In this document: positions 38,431 through 47,635 of the stretch, piece by piece
Layout of the letters: each line of letters begins with the position of its first letter
Position numbering within the stretch: position 1 is the first letter of the stretch
Source: Haliotis rufescens
Taxonomy: Eukaryota
Length of the DNA stretch: 64,000 nucleotides
Reading direction: 5' to 3'
NCBI RefSeq assembly: GCF_023055435.1
Contig: NW_025963815.1
Coordinates: 310,001-374,000 of the forward strand
Position numbers and translations under genes: made by a program
The notes under the pieces: model-generated
Told to the model about the DNA's origin: nothing
What the model saw: only the letters and a program-made list of their open reading frames with translations
The model's database searches: none

Positions 38431-40653
38431 CCAGTAGTAGTAGTAGTGTGAGAGAGAGAGAATGAGTGAGTGAATGTAGTTCAAAGACATCAATATTCAG
38501 ATAATATGATGACAGTCTTTTAATAATCGAGAGAAAGACGCGACTATGCTTGTCCTATTAGACGATAAACGGGATCGTGTGGTCAGACTGACTTGGTTAA
38601 TGCATGTCATCTTATCCCAATTGCCTCGATCAGTGCTCAACAAACAAACAAATAATCGAGACAGACCATTGGTCAACGATGTACCCTGTCATTGTTGTAA
38701 CCAAGCGATCTCATCTTTAGCGACTCTTCCCGGATCACCAATTATATTTTTATCGGTTTGTCGACACCATACCTTGCTCGTTGTTTTCGACAAGGTTATA
38801 ATAGTCAAAGACCTGCATCACTGTGGGCTTTCCTCCCATATCAAACTGACAAGCCGTGATACAACTGAAATAGCGTTCAAAGCGGCGTTTAAAACGCTTC
38901 AGATAAGCATAGTGTACTGAGCATCCATGATCAAGGATGAAGCAATAGATGATTTGTTGCAGGTTTGCGTCCTGGTCGTGCAGCTCGGGAACGTGCGAGG
39001 GCGTCGGCGTCGAGATAACAACCAGCAACACCGGTGTCGACCCCTACTCGACCACCAGCGACGACATCAAGCAGAGAGCTACAGACGTCCTGGAAATATT
39101 GCTCATTGATCCAAAATCAGGTATAGAAGCATAGGTTGCAGCAACTGTTATAACGTCACGCATTGACTGTTGTATCTATCGTGTGAAGAGCAACTGGAAT
39201 TTCTCTATGATGCATTCAGAAGCTGTATTACAAGTGTAGACAGGATTGACTTTTAAATAATTTTATCTTATTATTTTAATGCAATGTTTCGGCACAAGCG
39301 CCACAGCGCTAATAGCTCTAATAGAGGTACCAGCGTCTGTACTGAACGAAGTTAAAACACATAGTTGCGCCAATCCTGACTTCAGAAGATTGAATATCAT
39401 TGTGCGCTATCCGTGACCTTTATGAAATGTGTAAGACTGTTTAAATGGTTCCCAGATAACTCATGTTTTTCATTTAAAATAACTTGGGCAAGGATGTCAG
39501 GTCTCATTTAATTATTATGTTGTTTTCATGTAAAGTTCATATGCTGACACATTTTATAAATATGTTAAATTGTTAAAAAATCAATTTAATCATATCATTA
39601 GACCCTTCAACATAACGTTTTGTTTTACTTCACAAGACAAATGTTTAACACGTATTTATTACAAAACTGGATCCTGCAAATAAGTACGTTTACTTCAATG
39701 CTGATGTTTTGTTTCAGGGGCTGAGATATCTAGTATCACTGGACTGAGCAGCCCTGTGACCATGACCTTCGTTGTGACGCGGCCTCAGTCTGGGACGTCC
39801 TTGACCTGCAAGTACTGGAACACGCTCAGCGCGAGATGGGAGACGGACGGAGTGACGACGTCATCACAGTCCACGAGCTCCCTCACATGTTCTAGTGACC
39901 ATCTTACTGGCTTTTCAGGTTTTGCGGAAAGTAAGCATTTTTCAAAATGATAATTTGTTCTTTCTTTTTACAGTTTTTCTGTTGTTTCCTTTTAAGCTCT
40001 TGTCTGTGTTTCATTTACTCGTTTTTTAAGTCAGTAATTTCATTCGCTCACCTTTGGGGAAGATGTGTGTGCCTTAAAACATACATTGATAACCGCTGTT
40101 AACACAATCGATGGTTTTAAATATAAGCAACAAAAATCCTTTACTTGATCATAAGAAATATGTACTAAAAGCCCTGTACGATTCCGACAATATTATGAGC
40201 ATGTACTTATTAAATACTATCAAATAGTGATGATACCAGGTGTTCGCCCAAAAGTGAGTGTATCCTGCCCCACATGTGGCGACCGTCACAAACACATGCA
40301 AAGGCAAGTGAAGTGATCACATACAAAACACAGGAACAGATGGTTCAGGTTACAAAAGGGAATTGCAGTGGACAAATCTTGGTCAAATTTGGAAATGTTC
40401 TCCACATGTCTAAACTCATCAAATTCTCACGTTGTTAACGGTAATGAATATTCCTTATTTCTCTTTTCCAGCAACAGATCCAGCCACAGCCAAATCAGAG
40501 CAAACAGGTTTAATCGTTGGAATCGTCTTCGGCGGTATCATTGGGATGTGTGTCATTGTAGGTGTCGCCATCGTCATAGCACTCGCCGTCAACAAGAAGA
40601 ACAAGGTGAACATAGTCGAGGCCATATCTCCTCCACTCGGACCAGAGCCCTGA
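3893..40653 (+). CDS. Gene A (5'-partial, 23 exons): polycystin-1/REJ-like single-pass receptor with Cys-rich repeats, IPT/TIG-like folds, PKD/REJ-like region, GAIN/GPS and one TM helix
   Basis: Hand-spliced exons with AG/GT(GC) boundaries and compatible phases sum to 3974 nt (2 nt + 1324 codons including TGA). Motifs: CGVCGGD repeats, LDGSNSRDPDG...YEWAC, CKYWN..W.TDG..TC.SDHLTGF, hydrophobic GLIVGIVFGGIIGMCVIVGVAIVIALAV followed by NKKNK. Confidence 0.88.
4847..6296. repeat. 52-bp minisatellite (about 28 copies)
   Basis: gtctcgccactacccgtcaatacattccaccgctctgttaagtgagtagtga. Confidence 0.95.
6533..6780 (+). mobile_element. SINE-like family A, representative copy (others near 4128, 17744, 18300-, 20460-, 28885-, 33055-, 36170, 36775, 37225-, 47260, 54350, 56660-)
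   Basis: Recurrent gtgaagatcc...gactaacgggatcgggtggtcaggctcgctgacttggttgatgcatgtcatcg...gctggaatattgc..ggcgttaaacaacaaac with a (CAAA)n tail. Confidence 0.8.
6908..7055 (+). CDS. Gene A exon: Cys-rich repeat (CQVCVGGSTG...DACGVCSGDNSTCTDCSGTVNG)
   Basis: cctccag|GT acceptor; donor GG|gcaagt (GC type), phase 2 matches the next exon. Confidence 0.8.
7202..7316. mobile_element. Short palindromic MITE
   Basis: taagaaataaacgac...caataaaa / ttttattg...gtcgtttatttctta arms of about 44 bp. Confidence 0.6.
8066..8429. repeat. 28-bp minisatellite (about 13 copies)
   Basis: gatggcagacttctgtgtgtgcggtgtt. Confidence 0.95.
8567..9108. mobile_element. MITE with about 60-bp TIRs and apparent 5-bp TSD GTTTG
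   Basis: ccaatcttcccgaggcaagagagttaactgact...cccttgccg at the left end, its reverse complement at 9047-9108; gtttg on both flanks. Confidence 0.8.
10144..12295. repeat. 26-bp minisatellite (about 80 copies)
   Basis: ctgatcattatgccgaactgtacaca with tagaaa/ggata variants. Confidence 0.95.
12472..13243. repeat. 33-bp minisatellite
   Basis: tatgacgtacttatgatatatgcagcaccatag. Confidence 0.95.
15245..15590. repeat. Degenerate AT-rich repeat
   Basis: Recurrent cattgtcagtta motif. Confidence 0.7.
16459..16948 (-). mobile_element. Internally deleted mariner element with transposase C-terminal remnant
   Basis: TA-flanked TIRs (cgagggcgggtcaaaa...ttttgaccagccctcg); minus-strand HPPYSPDLVPSDFHLF and an upstream LFHDNA motif; frameshifted. 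Confidence 0.88.
18918..19020 (+). CDS. Gene A exon: last Cys repeat (GKLIDPCGVCGGDGTTC) and start of an IPT/TIG-like fold (VVTSVSP)
   Basis: tttcag|A acceptor, AAG|gtaaga donor. Confidence 0.85.
19540..19684 (+). CDS. Gene A exon: IPT/TIG-like (TIKVGGAGLGRTTIECV...)
   Basis: tatacag|ACG acceptor, GCAG|gtgggt donor, phase 0-1. Confidence 0.82.
20116..20263 (+). mobile_element. tRNA-derived SINE family B, representative copy (others near 6345-, 14153, 19080, 25160-, 29900, 31905-, 46525-, 58765-)
   Basis: A box ggggtagcctaatggttaaagcg, B box ggttcgattccc, 3' aaaagcggcgtaaaa(ctca)n tail. Confidence 0.82.
20370..20450 (+). CDS. Gene A exon (AMYNISCRLGAAGSLASTTAILTVYDS)
   Basis: cttcag|CT acceptor, TCAA|gtaagt donor, 81 nt, phase 1-1; absent from the ORF track. 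Confidence 0.8.
20660..21165. repeat. About 155-bp unit triplicated in tandem (SINE-A head plus flank)
   Basis: gcaagcatgggttgctgaagacc...ctatgatagaactaacc...caatggatcaaatac occurs three times. Confidence 0.85.
22375..22488 (+). CDS. Gene A exon: second IPT/TIG-like fold (ATVTSVTP...LAFVGSNF...YCHVK)
   Basis: ctacag|GT acceptor, AAAG|gtactg donor, 114 nt; VTSVTP..G.NF pattern typical of IPT/TIG. Confidence 0.82.
23893..24090 (+). CDS. Gene A exon (GAAAETTFLASV...APTLTAVFTNS)
   Basis: tttcag|TG acceptor, TCGG|gtacaa donor, 198 nt. Confidence 0.8.
24873..25031 (+). CDS. Gene A exon (GEKVVVTFSASVN...LGSTATCSF...)
   Basis: ttgcag|GT acceptor, CTGG|gtgagc donor, 159 nt. Confidence 0.82.
25780..26250. 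repeat. 21-bp degenerate minisatellite
   Basis: gggaacgcggtaatatagcga. Confidence 0.9.
26323..26568 (+). CDS. Gene A exon: REJ-like start (GPSKIGSCSDLSVNALGSSGGGGRALTYTW)
   Basis: tatcag|AT acceptor, CTCA|gtaagt donor, 246 nt. Confidence 0.85.
26590..26858. repeat. 35-bp minisatellite
   Basis: gcgtttgtgaatagtaaaggcaagagtaacgcaag. Confidence 0.9.
27222..27417 (+). CDS. Gene A exon: REJ-like (YTVTLTVCNFMN)
   Basis: ttgcag|CC acceptor, GAGGG|gtgggt donor, phase 1-2. Confidence 0.83.
27793..27938 (+). CDS. Gene A exon (FELKANAKLTSC...FSWSF...AGDLP)
   Basis: ttccag|T acceptor, CCAG|gtgagg donor, phase 2-1. Confidence 0.83.
28755..28871 (+). CDS. Gene A exon (DVTLTATVTV...STPLVALIK)
   Basis: tcacag|GT acceptor, AAAG|gtaaag donor, 117 nt. 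Confidence 0.83.
29477..29638. mobile_element. Tc1/pogo-type MITE
   Basis: ta-cagtcaaacaccgttgtgtcgaa ... ttcgacacaacggtgtttgagtg-ta. Confidence 0.7.
30904..31028 (+). CDS. Gene A exon: PKD/REJ signature (LELDGSNSRDPDG...LVYEWAC)
   Basis: ttccag|GA acceptor, GCG|gtaaga donor; L-D-G-S-x-S-x-D-P-D motif. Confidence 0.87.
31546..31755 (+). CDS. Gene A exon: REJ-like (LLSGKTYLFTLTVSK...SASVTV)
   Basis: ttacag|TCG acceptor, AAG|gttcgt donor, 210 nt, phase 0-0. Confidence 0.85.
32842..32962 (+). CDS. Gene A exon (ITFRDLANDGKVNSNGVFTL...FTWDS)
   Basis: ttgcag|ATC acceptor, GCTG|gtatgt donor, 121 nt; paralogous to gene B 62050-62167. Confidence 0.83.
33997..34101 (+). CDS. Gene A exon (YGFVDLTNTDNL...VLSIKA)
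   Basis: tcacag|GT acceptor, GCAG|gtaggt donor, 105 nt. Confidence 0.82.
34345..34622 (-). mobile_element. tRNA-derived SINE family C, representative copy (others near 30450, 32175, 32465, 33205, 48720-, 49503-, 57013-, 60105-)
   Basis: Head gggtggccc..tcgtctaaggcgcc, B box ggttcgaa, body ctaggtttgtcagcaccatacc, tail aaaagcggtgttaaacc..(actc)n. Confidence 0.8.
34880..35031 (+). CDS. Gene A exon (ILQRGTNYRFRCTVND...APTSYQQLDS)
   Basis: tcacag|AC acceptor, TCG|gttagt donor, 152 nt; same length and phase as gene B 60411-60562. Confidence 0.85.
35562..35747 (+). CDS. Gene A exon (ISLTVTKCFTDSDGSPLTY...NVFAVK)
   Basis: ttttag|ATC acceptor; AAG|gcaagt GC donor, at the position where gene B has a GT donor. 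Confidence 0.82.
36416..36545 (+). CDS. Gene A exon (VCANKGGCTVY...INTLTKE)
   Basis: tttcag|GTG acceptor, GAAG|gtattt donor, 130 nt; same length as gene B 58094-58223. Confidence 0.85.
37576..38152 (+). CDS. Gene A exon: helical GAIN-A-like region with RRRR|S and RYRR|S sites
   Basis: tcacag|GT acceptor, AACA|gtaggt donor, 577 nt, phase 1-2; matches ORF 37584-38156. Confidence 0.87.
38379..38447. repeat. (GTA)n microsatellite
   Basis: Direct read. Confidence 0.95.
38963..39120 (+). CDS. Gene A exon: GAIN-B-like (FASWSCSSGTC...DVLEILLIDPKS)
   Basis: ttgcag|G acceptor, TCAG|gtatag donor, phase 2-1. Confidence 0.85.
39718..39930 (+). CDS. Gene A exon: GPS motif (CKYWN...WETDGV...TCSSDHL|TGF)
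   Basis: tttcag|GG acceptor, GAAA|gtaagc donor; C-x-Y-W..W..G..C...H-L-T-x-F consensus. Confidence 0.9.
40472..40653 (+). CDS. Gene A terminal exon: TM helix, short tail, TGA
   Basis: ttccag|CA acceptor; hydrophobic run followed by NKKNK; stop at 40651-40653. Confidence 0.87.
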
Positions 40654-43600
40654 ATGACGTCATCAGTGACGTCATGATTCGCCTGCCTATCAGGTTCTTC
40701 CTTTAATATGTTGGCTGGTAATTGGGATCTACTTTACTTGCAGTGATTTGAAGGGTTTTTAGATATTCTGACGTAAAAAGGTTGATCCTTAAGTTCGTGC
40801 GTTCCGTTTATGACAAAAGCGGAATTTATTGGAGTTTTAATTGTATCAATATTTGTATAACAAAATGATTATATATTTATACAAATGAAAGAAACTGTAT
40901 CATTGATGTACGTATTACGTATAATTTGGTAAATTAGGGCACATTTTTTTATTCGTGCCCGAAATGTACGCCTGTTACACATTACATACGGTATGACGTC
41001 ATATTCTCGTGGCACCATTACAACTAGCGGGATGGCATGTTGCCGAGGTGACCATGGACAGAGCACCCGTTTTATCATTGCAGTGCTGTCTGACACACAC
41101 ACACCCACCCCTCACCCCCCGCCCCAGCGTCTTTGCTCAAATTCAAGTTTGATGGGTACTGAGACATTAATATACAATCTCACTTCACCAGAACTCAGTA
41201 TGCTTTCTATGAACCGTCATGAGACATGAACATATACCCCTGATCTAAGTATAATGTTTCCGTTTGAGTATCGAAATGTAAACAATTTAATGACATCAAG
41301 GGTATGAGTAAAAAAATAATTAAATATCCAGCGGATGATTTACAAGATAACATTGCGAGTAGTATTTGAAGAGGCTGTGCCGAGGGGTTTCCATGACATC
41401 AGCTTACCATAACGCATTATTGCTAACGGATGATGTGTTTGACTTACAACGAAGTAAACTTCAATGAAACCCGAACTTGTACATACCTGAAGCACATACA
41501 GATGTAATGTTTTTTTATAAAGTTGGTACGACTCTGTGTACGATTCTGATGCTTCGCGTTTCTGTACATGCAATCTCTTTAGTTTTAAAGTGCATCTATC
41601 GTTCATCTTCTTCAACATACGAGAGGAACGATGGTGCATTTAAACCGTAGTTCATACAAAGTGGTTTTCCTGTCGGTTATATCGCAATAAGTGTGACCGT
41701 AGACATTATTCTTTTATTTTATTGTCAGACCTGGTTGGTCTACCTTTACTCCACGTGATCTGGCAGGTCTATAAAAGTATAACTCATTTAACTGAAAAAA
41801 TATATTTGTTTACAATATTGCCCATGCTTATAAAAATATCGGGTAACTCGTCCATATTTGCACTTGCGGATTTGAACGTTTTTATGGATGATAATTTTAA
41901 TTGCAATATTCTATTACAGATATTTGTAGTTGACTCGTTGATTTGTAGCTTATGATGAAACTCGGTGGCTTCAGTCCACCAGCAGAAACATCGACCACGT
42001 TCATATAAATATAATACGTCATTGTCAGAACAACAAGGCACAATTATCCGACGAAAGAGATGCAATTTGGCATAAATGGCAAATAGCTGTGAAATTCTAT
42101 GAAAATCAGTGATGACACCGGGTGTTTGCTGTGTTCATCCATAGGTGATTACACGACGGAGAGATTCCGTTACCCCAGCAACAATAGTTTTACTTCAGAA
42201 AGTAAAAGCGACAAAACCCTTTCCATGTCCGTAAGAAATATCTGCCCAAATCAGAGTCGATTGTCCGATTCCGCTGATATCATGAGCATGTTGCGGCGAT
42301 ATTTCATATATATTTCTGGATTTATTTTTTAAGCTTTTGATAGAGTTACGAAGCGGAAACCTGGCTCGCTTATCAGCATTAACTGTTTCAGTGTTTCTTG
42401 ACTGAGTCGACAACGGGTCGTGATAGCCCAATAAGGGCTATCGTGGTTACCTGGGAGATATTGACCTGACACATACCACATGCATTATCAGCGAATTCCT
42501 CTGTCAGGTCATTCTGTGATCCAGTGTGAATATTTTCTGTTAAAACCGTTACATATATCCAATGTTACTGTGGCATGTACATCATACCGATTACGTAAAT
42601 ACGTTTTAGAGACCATTTTGCTTCCTCTAAATTGTAAAACGAAATGTACTTGTGATGTAATTTGTTGTTAGACATAGAGACAATTTTATCTAACAATTAA
42701 GAAGAGACATTGTATCAAACAATACTCCAAAAAATATATATTTGTTTAGATTGCAAGTGAAATTATGCGTTGTTCTCTTATTGGTGACGTAGTTGAACTT
42801 TCTACCGCGCACCCATTCACTGCTGGGTGAACAGAGGCGTATTTCCACCTGCCTAAGGAGACACCACATGTGCCACAACTTATCTTATTACAACAATGAC
42901 TGACCTTTTTTGTCATATCATATAGCATATTTTCATATAGCATACCACCTTTTGAAGACCGTTGAATTAATTTATTCCGCAAATATTGTAAATTGGTAAA
43001 GTGCTAATTACCTGGTATTCAAACGTGTCTGTGATTTTATGACAAGTTATTGTGTTATGGAAATATGTTGTAAAATATTCGAAAGTTGCACATGTACATA
43101 CCCTATGTTAATATTCCCTTTTTACCATTCCGTCCAATTCATGCTGTACCGGCGCGGCATGGCTTCTAGTTTTCGTCCCGGTTAGATAGTGTAGAAACTG
43201 TCATATTGACTTCGCTAATGCTAATTACCAGCAAGTCATGACACAGTGTTGCAGGGTCCACAGTTCATTTATGGCCTGGGTGGGGTCAGGAACAATTTAC
43301 AGGAGGGTGGTCATGGGAAATGCACATCTGTAGAGGTAAATCAAAGCAGGCATCAGTGAACTGATCCGGCAATAAGGAGTGATGAAACCCTCTTAAATGA
43401 GGGGTCTGGGGAGGGCAGCCTTTTTGTACAGTCAACACCCCCACCCAACACACACACATGTAATCTGAATGTCGATTGTGAACATTTATGTTCAAGCCCG
43501 CGTACATGTACTTGCAGACGGCAGCGGTTGAAATATTTTAGACAATAGAAGATCCTATTCACTAACTTTGTGTTTATACACACTAGTCACTATATTTATA

Positions 43601-44867
43601 TGTATTTTCACCTTGTTAATAAAGTCATGATTTTCTTAGTTGTTATAAAAGATCTACAGATATTTTTACATTTAAAATATACATTTTTCTGTGTGTAAAT
43701 AAACTTGGCAATATATCTTTCATAAATACCCTTTCTGACTGTGATTTTATTGTACGTCGTTCAAATAGATACGGTCTGATGTTCGTGTTTGTCTGCACCT
43801 CGGATGTCAACCCTGTATAGTTATATTAGCTCCATGCGAGTTGCACTGCTCAACATTTGTTAGGACTATTGGGATGGAATTATTTCAGACTAGATATTTC
43901 TTCAGCTGAGGCTGCAAACCCAGATGCGCCAGATGCATTTGGTCAATGAAAAACTATGCGCCTAAATTTCTTTTTTTACATCATCTTACAACAATGTTAT
44001 TTTGTGGCAGACAATTGCTTTTTATCAAGGGTCTATAGCGGAATTAGCTTTTTTCGTGCATTTCTGGGACAGTTTATGTTTTCAATAAAATTCAAGCAGC
44101 AAGAATATCGAATGGTCGGTCCCTTGAAGAAATGACAAATTATTTATTTCTATTTTTCATTTTAACCATTGTTATTTAGACATGTTGAGAAGTGTAATTT
44201 GTATCCATATTTAATGCTACAAACGTTTGTATTTGCGAATAGTTAGTTTGGGTTATTTTACCTTCGTCTAATCCGAACATTCTTTTTTGTTGCGAAAATT
44301 AAATTGTTTTAAATTTATGATTAAGTTAAGATCACTCGTTACAAGTATGTATCTTGTTGTTATCGACGAATCACAACCGACGCCTGTGATATGAATGTTT
44401 GTTTGTACTGAGCGTGTTAATTTGTTGTCATCGTTATTGTTGCATCTTCTGTGAATAAAAAAGCAATGATTTTGTCTAAGAATGACCCTTTTTTTGTCTC
44501 CCTGATCGTTCCGTGTGACGCTGGAAGGTCACTCTAATGATAAATTCGATCAAATTCTTTGAGTCATCTAACACCCAAGCATGTTCGATCATTTTCAGCT
44601 TCTGTTGGTAAGTCGACACGTTGGTCCGTCTGAAGATACCATGTCAAGTCGGCCAAAATAACACTATTATGGACCATGATCTCCATGTGAATGGAGGAAA
44701 GAATTACCAATGACCATTGAGCTTGTTTGTATGCATTGAAAGCTTATTCTAAAATTTCAATGAGTGAAGTTGCAGCTTTTTCTATAATCGCCAAGAGACT
44801 AACCATATTTTCGGGTGTTGTTATACTAAATGATGACTGCACTGTAGTGATGTGGATGTATATGTAT

Positions 44868-46416
44868 GTCGTTACATCAGAATGAGTGAGTTGGGTGTGA
44901 TGTCGTTACATCAGAATGAGTGAGTTGGGTGTGATGTTACATCAGAATGAGTGAGTTGGGTGTGATGTTACATCAGAATGAGTGAGTTGGGTGTGATGTA
45001 ACATCAGAATGAATGAGTTGGGTGCGATGTCGTTACATCAGAATGAGTGAGTTGGGTGTGATGTTACATCAGAATGAGTGAGTTGGGTGTGATGTTACAT
45101 CAGAATGAGTGAGTTGGGTGCGATGTCGTTACATCAGAATGAGTGAGTTGGGTGTGATGTCGTTACATCAGAATGAGTGAGTTGGGTGTGATGTCGTTAC
45201 ATCAGAATGAGTGAGTTGGGTATGATGTCGTTACATCAGAATGAGTGAGTTGGGTGTGATGTTACATCAGAATGAGTGAGTTGGGTGTGATGTCGTTACA
45301 TCAGAATGAGTGAGTTGGGTGTGATGTTACATCAGAATGAGTGAGTTGGGTGTGATGTTACATCAGAATGAGTGAGTTGGGTGTGATGTAACATCAGAAT
45401 GAATGAGTTGGGTGCGATGTCGTTACATCAGAATGAGTGAGTTGGGTGTGATGTTACATCAGAATGAGTGAGTTGGGTGTGATGTTACATCAGAATGAGT
45501 GAGTTGGGTGCGATGTCGTTACATCAGAATGAGTGAGTTGGGTGTGATGTCGTTACATCAGAATGAGTGAGTTGGGTGTGATGTTACATCAGAATGAGTG
45601 AGTTGGGTGCGATGTCGTTACATCAGAATGAGTGAGTTGAGTGTGATGTCGTTACATCAGAATGAGTGAGTTGGGTGTGATGTCGTTACATCAGAATGAG
45701 TGAGTTGGGTGTGATGTTACATCAGAATGAGTGAGTTGGGTGTGATGTCGTTACATCAGAATTAGTGAGTTGGGTGTGATGTTACATCAGAATGAGTGAG
45801 TTGGGTGTGATGTTACATCAGAATGAGTGAGTTGGGTGTGATGTTACATCAGAATGAGTGAGTTGGGTGTGATGTCGTTACATCAGAATGAGTGAGTTGG
45901 GTGTGATGTCGTTACATCAGAATGAGTGAGTTGGGTGTAATGTCGTTACACCAGAATGAGTGAGTTGGGTGTGATGTCGTTACATCAGAATGAGTGAGTT
46001 GGGAGTGATGTCGTTACATCAGAATGAGTGAGTTGGGTGTGATGTCGTTACATCAGAATGAGTGAGTTGGGTGTGATGTCGTTACACCAGAATGAGTGAG
46101 TTGGGTGTGATGTCGTTACATCAGAATGAGTGAGTTGGGTGTGATGTCGTTACATCAGAATGAGTGAGTTTGGTGTGATGTCGTTACATCAGATTGAGTG
46201 AGTTGGGTGTGATGTTGTTACATCAGAATGAGTGAGTTGGGTGTGATGTCGTTACATCAGAATGAGTGAGTTGGGTGTGATGTTACATCAGAATGAGTGA
46301 GTTGGGTGTGATGTTACATCAGAATGAGTGAGTTGGGTGCGATGTCGTTACATCAGAATGAGTGAGTTGGGTGTGATGTCGTTACATCAGAATGAGTGAG
46401 TTGGGTGTGATGTCGT
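44868..46416. repeat. 31/34-bp intergenic minisatellite (about 47 copies)
   Basis: gttacatcagaatgagtgagttgggtgtgat(gtc). Confidence 0.95.
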
Positions 46417-47258
46417 TTTAAGCACCATTCCCGTCATACCACTGCAGGGAACTCAACTGTAGGCATCCAGCTTTGTACCATGATGGGATTCGAGCATTGA
46501 TTTTCAATTCTTTGCTCTGTATACTGAGTGAGTGAGTGAGTATGGTTTTACGCCGCTTTTAGCAATATTCCAGCAATATCACGGCGGGGGGCACCAGTAA
46601 TGGGCTTCACACGTTGTATCCATGTTGGAAATCGAACCGGGCCTTGGGCGTGACAAGCGAACGCTTTAGCCACCATGCCACCCCAACCCTATATATAAGA
46701 TAGCTTCGAGATAAATCGCAAAAAACAATGAAGAACGAGACGTGGATTATGTCACGATAAAACATAATTCTGTCATGACGTCATTCCTGAAGATTCGAAC
46801 ATACGCTCGCAACTTGATGACGTCGCAAATTGGCATGCTAATTTTGAGAGGTTAGTGACTTGTTCCCCTTAGATGTAGCTGTGCAACAAAGATAAACACA
46901 ATGGCCGAACGATCGCATCTGTAAATGGGCGAGATGTGGCAGTCTGTGACGGGAGAGAAGGTATAGATGAACGTGAGAACTGTGAGACGTTTTAGGAAAT
47001 ACCTGACTTAACCCCCCGTTCTTCAATTGGACTTGTTCGACATTGCCAAGATTGGGTCGTATTCAGGGAGTCATCATCATTTACATAGGGTAACTATCAT
47101 AAGTTATATGAACAGCCTGAGAGACGCTGTATGTAAAGTTGATACTGGTATATCATAAGAAATATGAAACCAAAAACGTTATTCACAATTCTATGTGTAT
47201 ACATGTTTCCCAGCGATACTAGGTGTAGTGTTCATTATAAATTAACACATTAACTCAA

Positions 47259-47635
47259 TCGTGAAGATCGGGGTTAGTATTGGTCTTCATGCCTTGCTAT
47301 GAGAGGCAACTATGGATGCCTTAAGAGTTGACTAACGGGATCGGGAGGTCAGACTCACTGACTTGGTTGATGCATGTCATCGTATCCCAATTGTGTAGAT
47401 CGATGTTTATTATGTCAATGACTGGATTGTCCGATCCAGATTTGATTATTTACAATATTTATCATAATGCTGGAATATTGCTGTGTGCGCCCTTAAACAA
47501 CAAACAAACAAAAATGTCTAGTTTTGCCTTTGCAAGTATTTGTTCCCCTTCCCGTTGTTCTATAGATGACGTAATTTTACTTTAACTTTTCCGACTTGGT
47601 AGGCCGATCCATGGAAGCGACCGTTCTTCTTGCAT
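47259..47635 (+). pseudogene. Inverted, diverged copy of gene B intron end plus exon start (GRSMEATVLL)
   Basis: tagttttgcctttgcaag...ttttccgacttggtag|gccgatccatggaagcgaccgttcttcttg matches the reverse complement of about 56524-56632; a SINE lies upstream in the same relative position. Confidence 0.75.
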
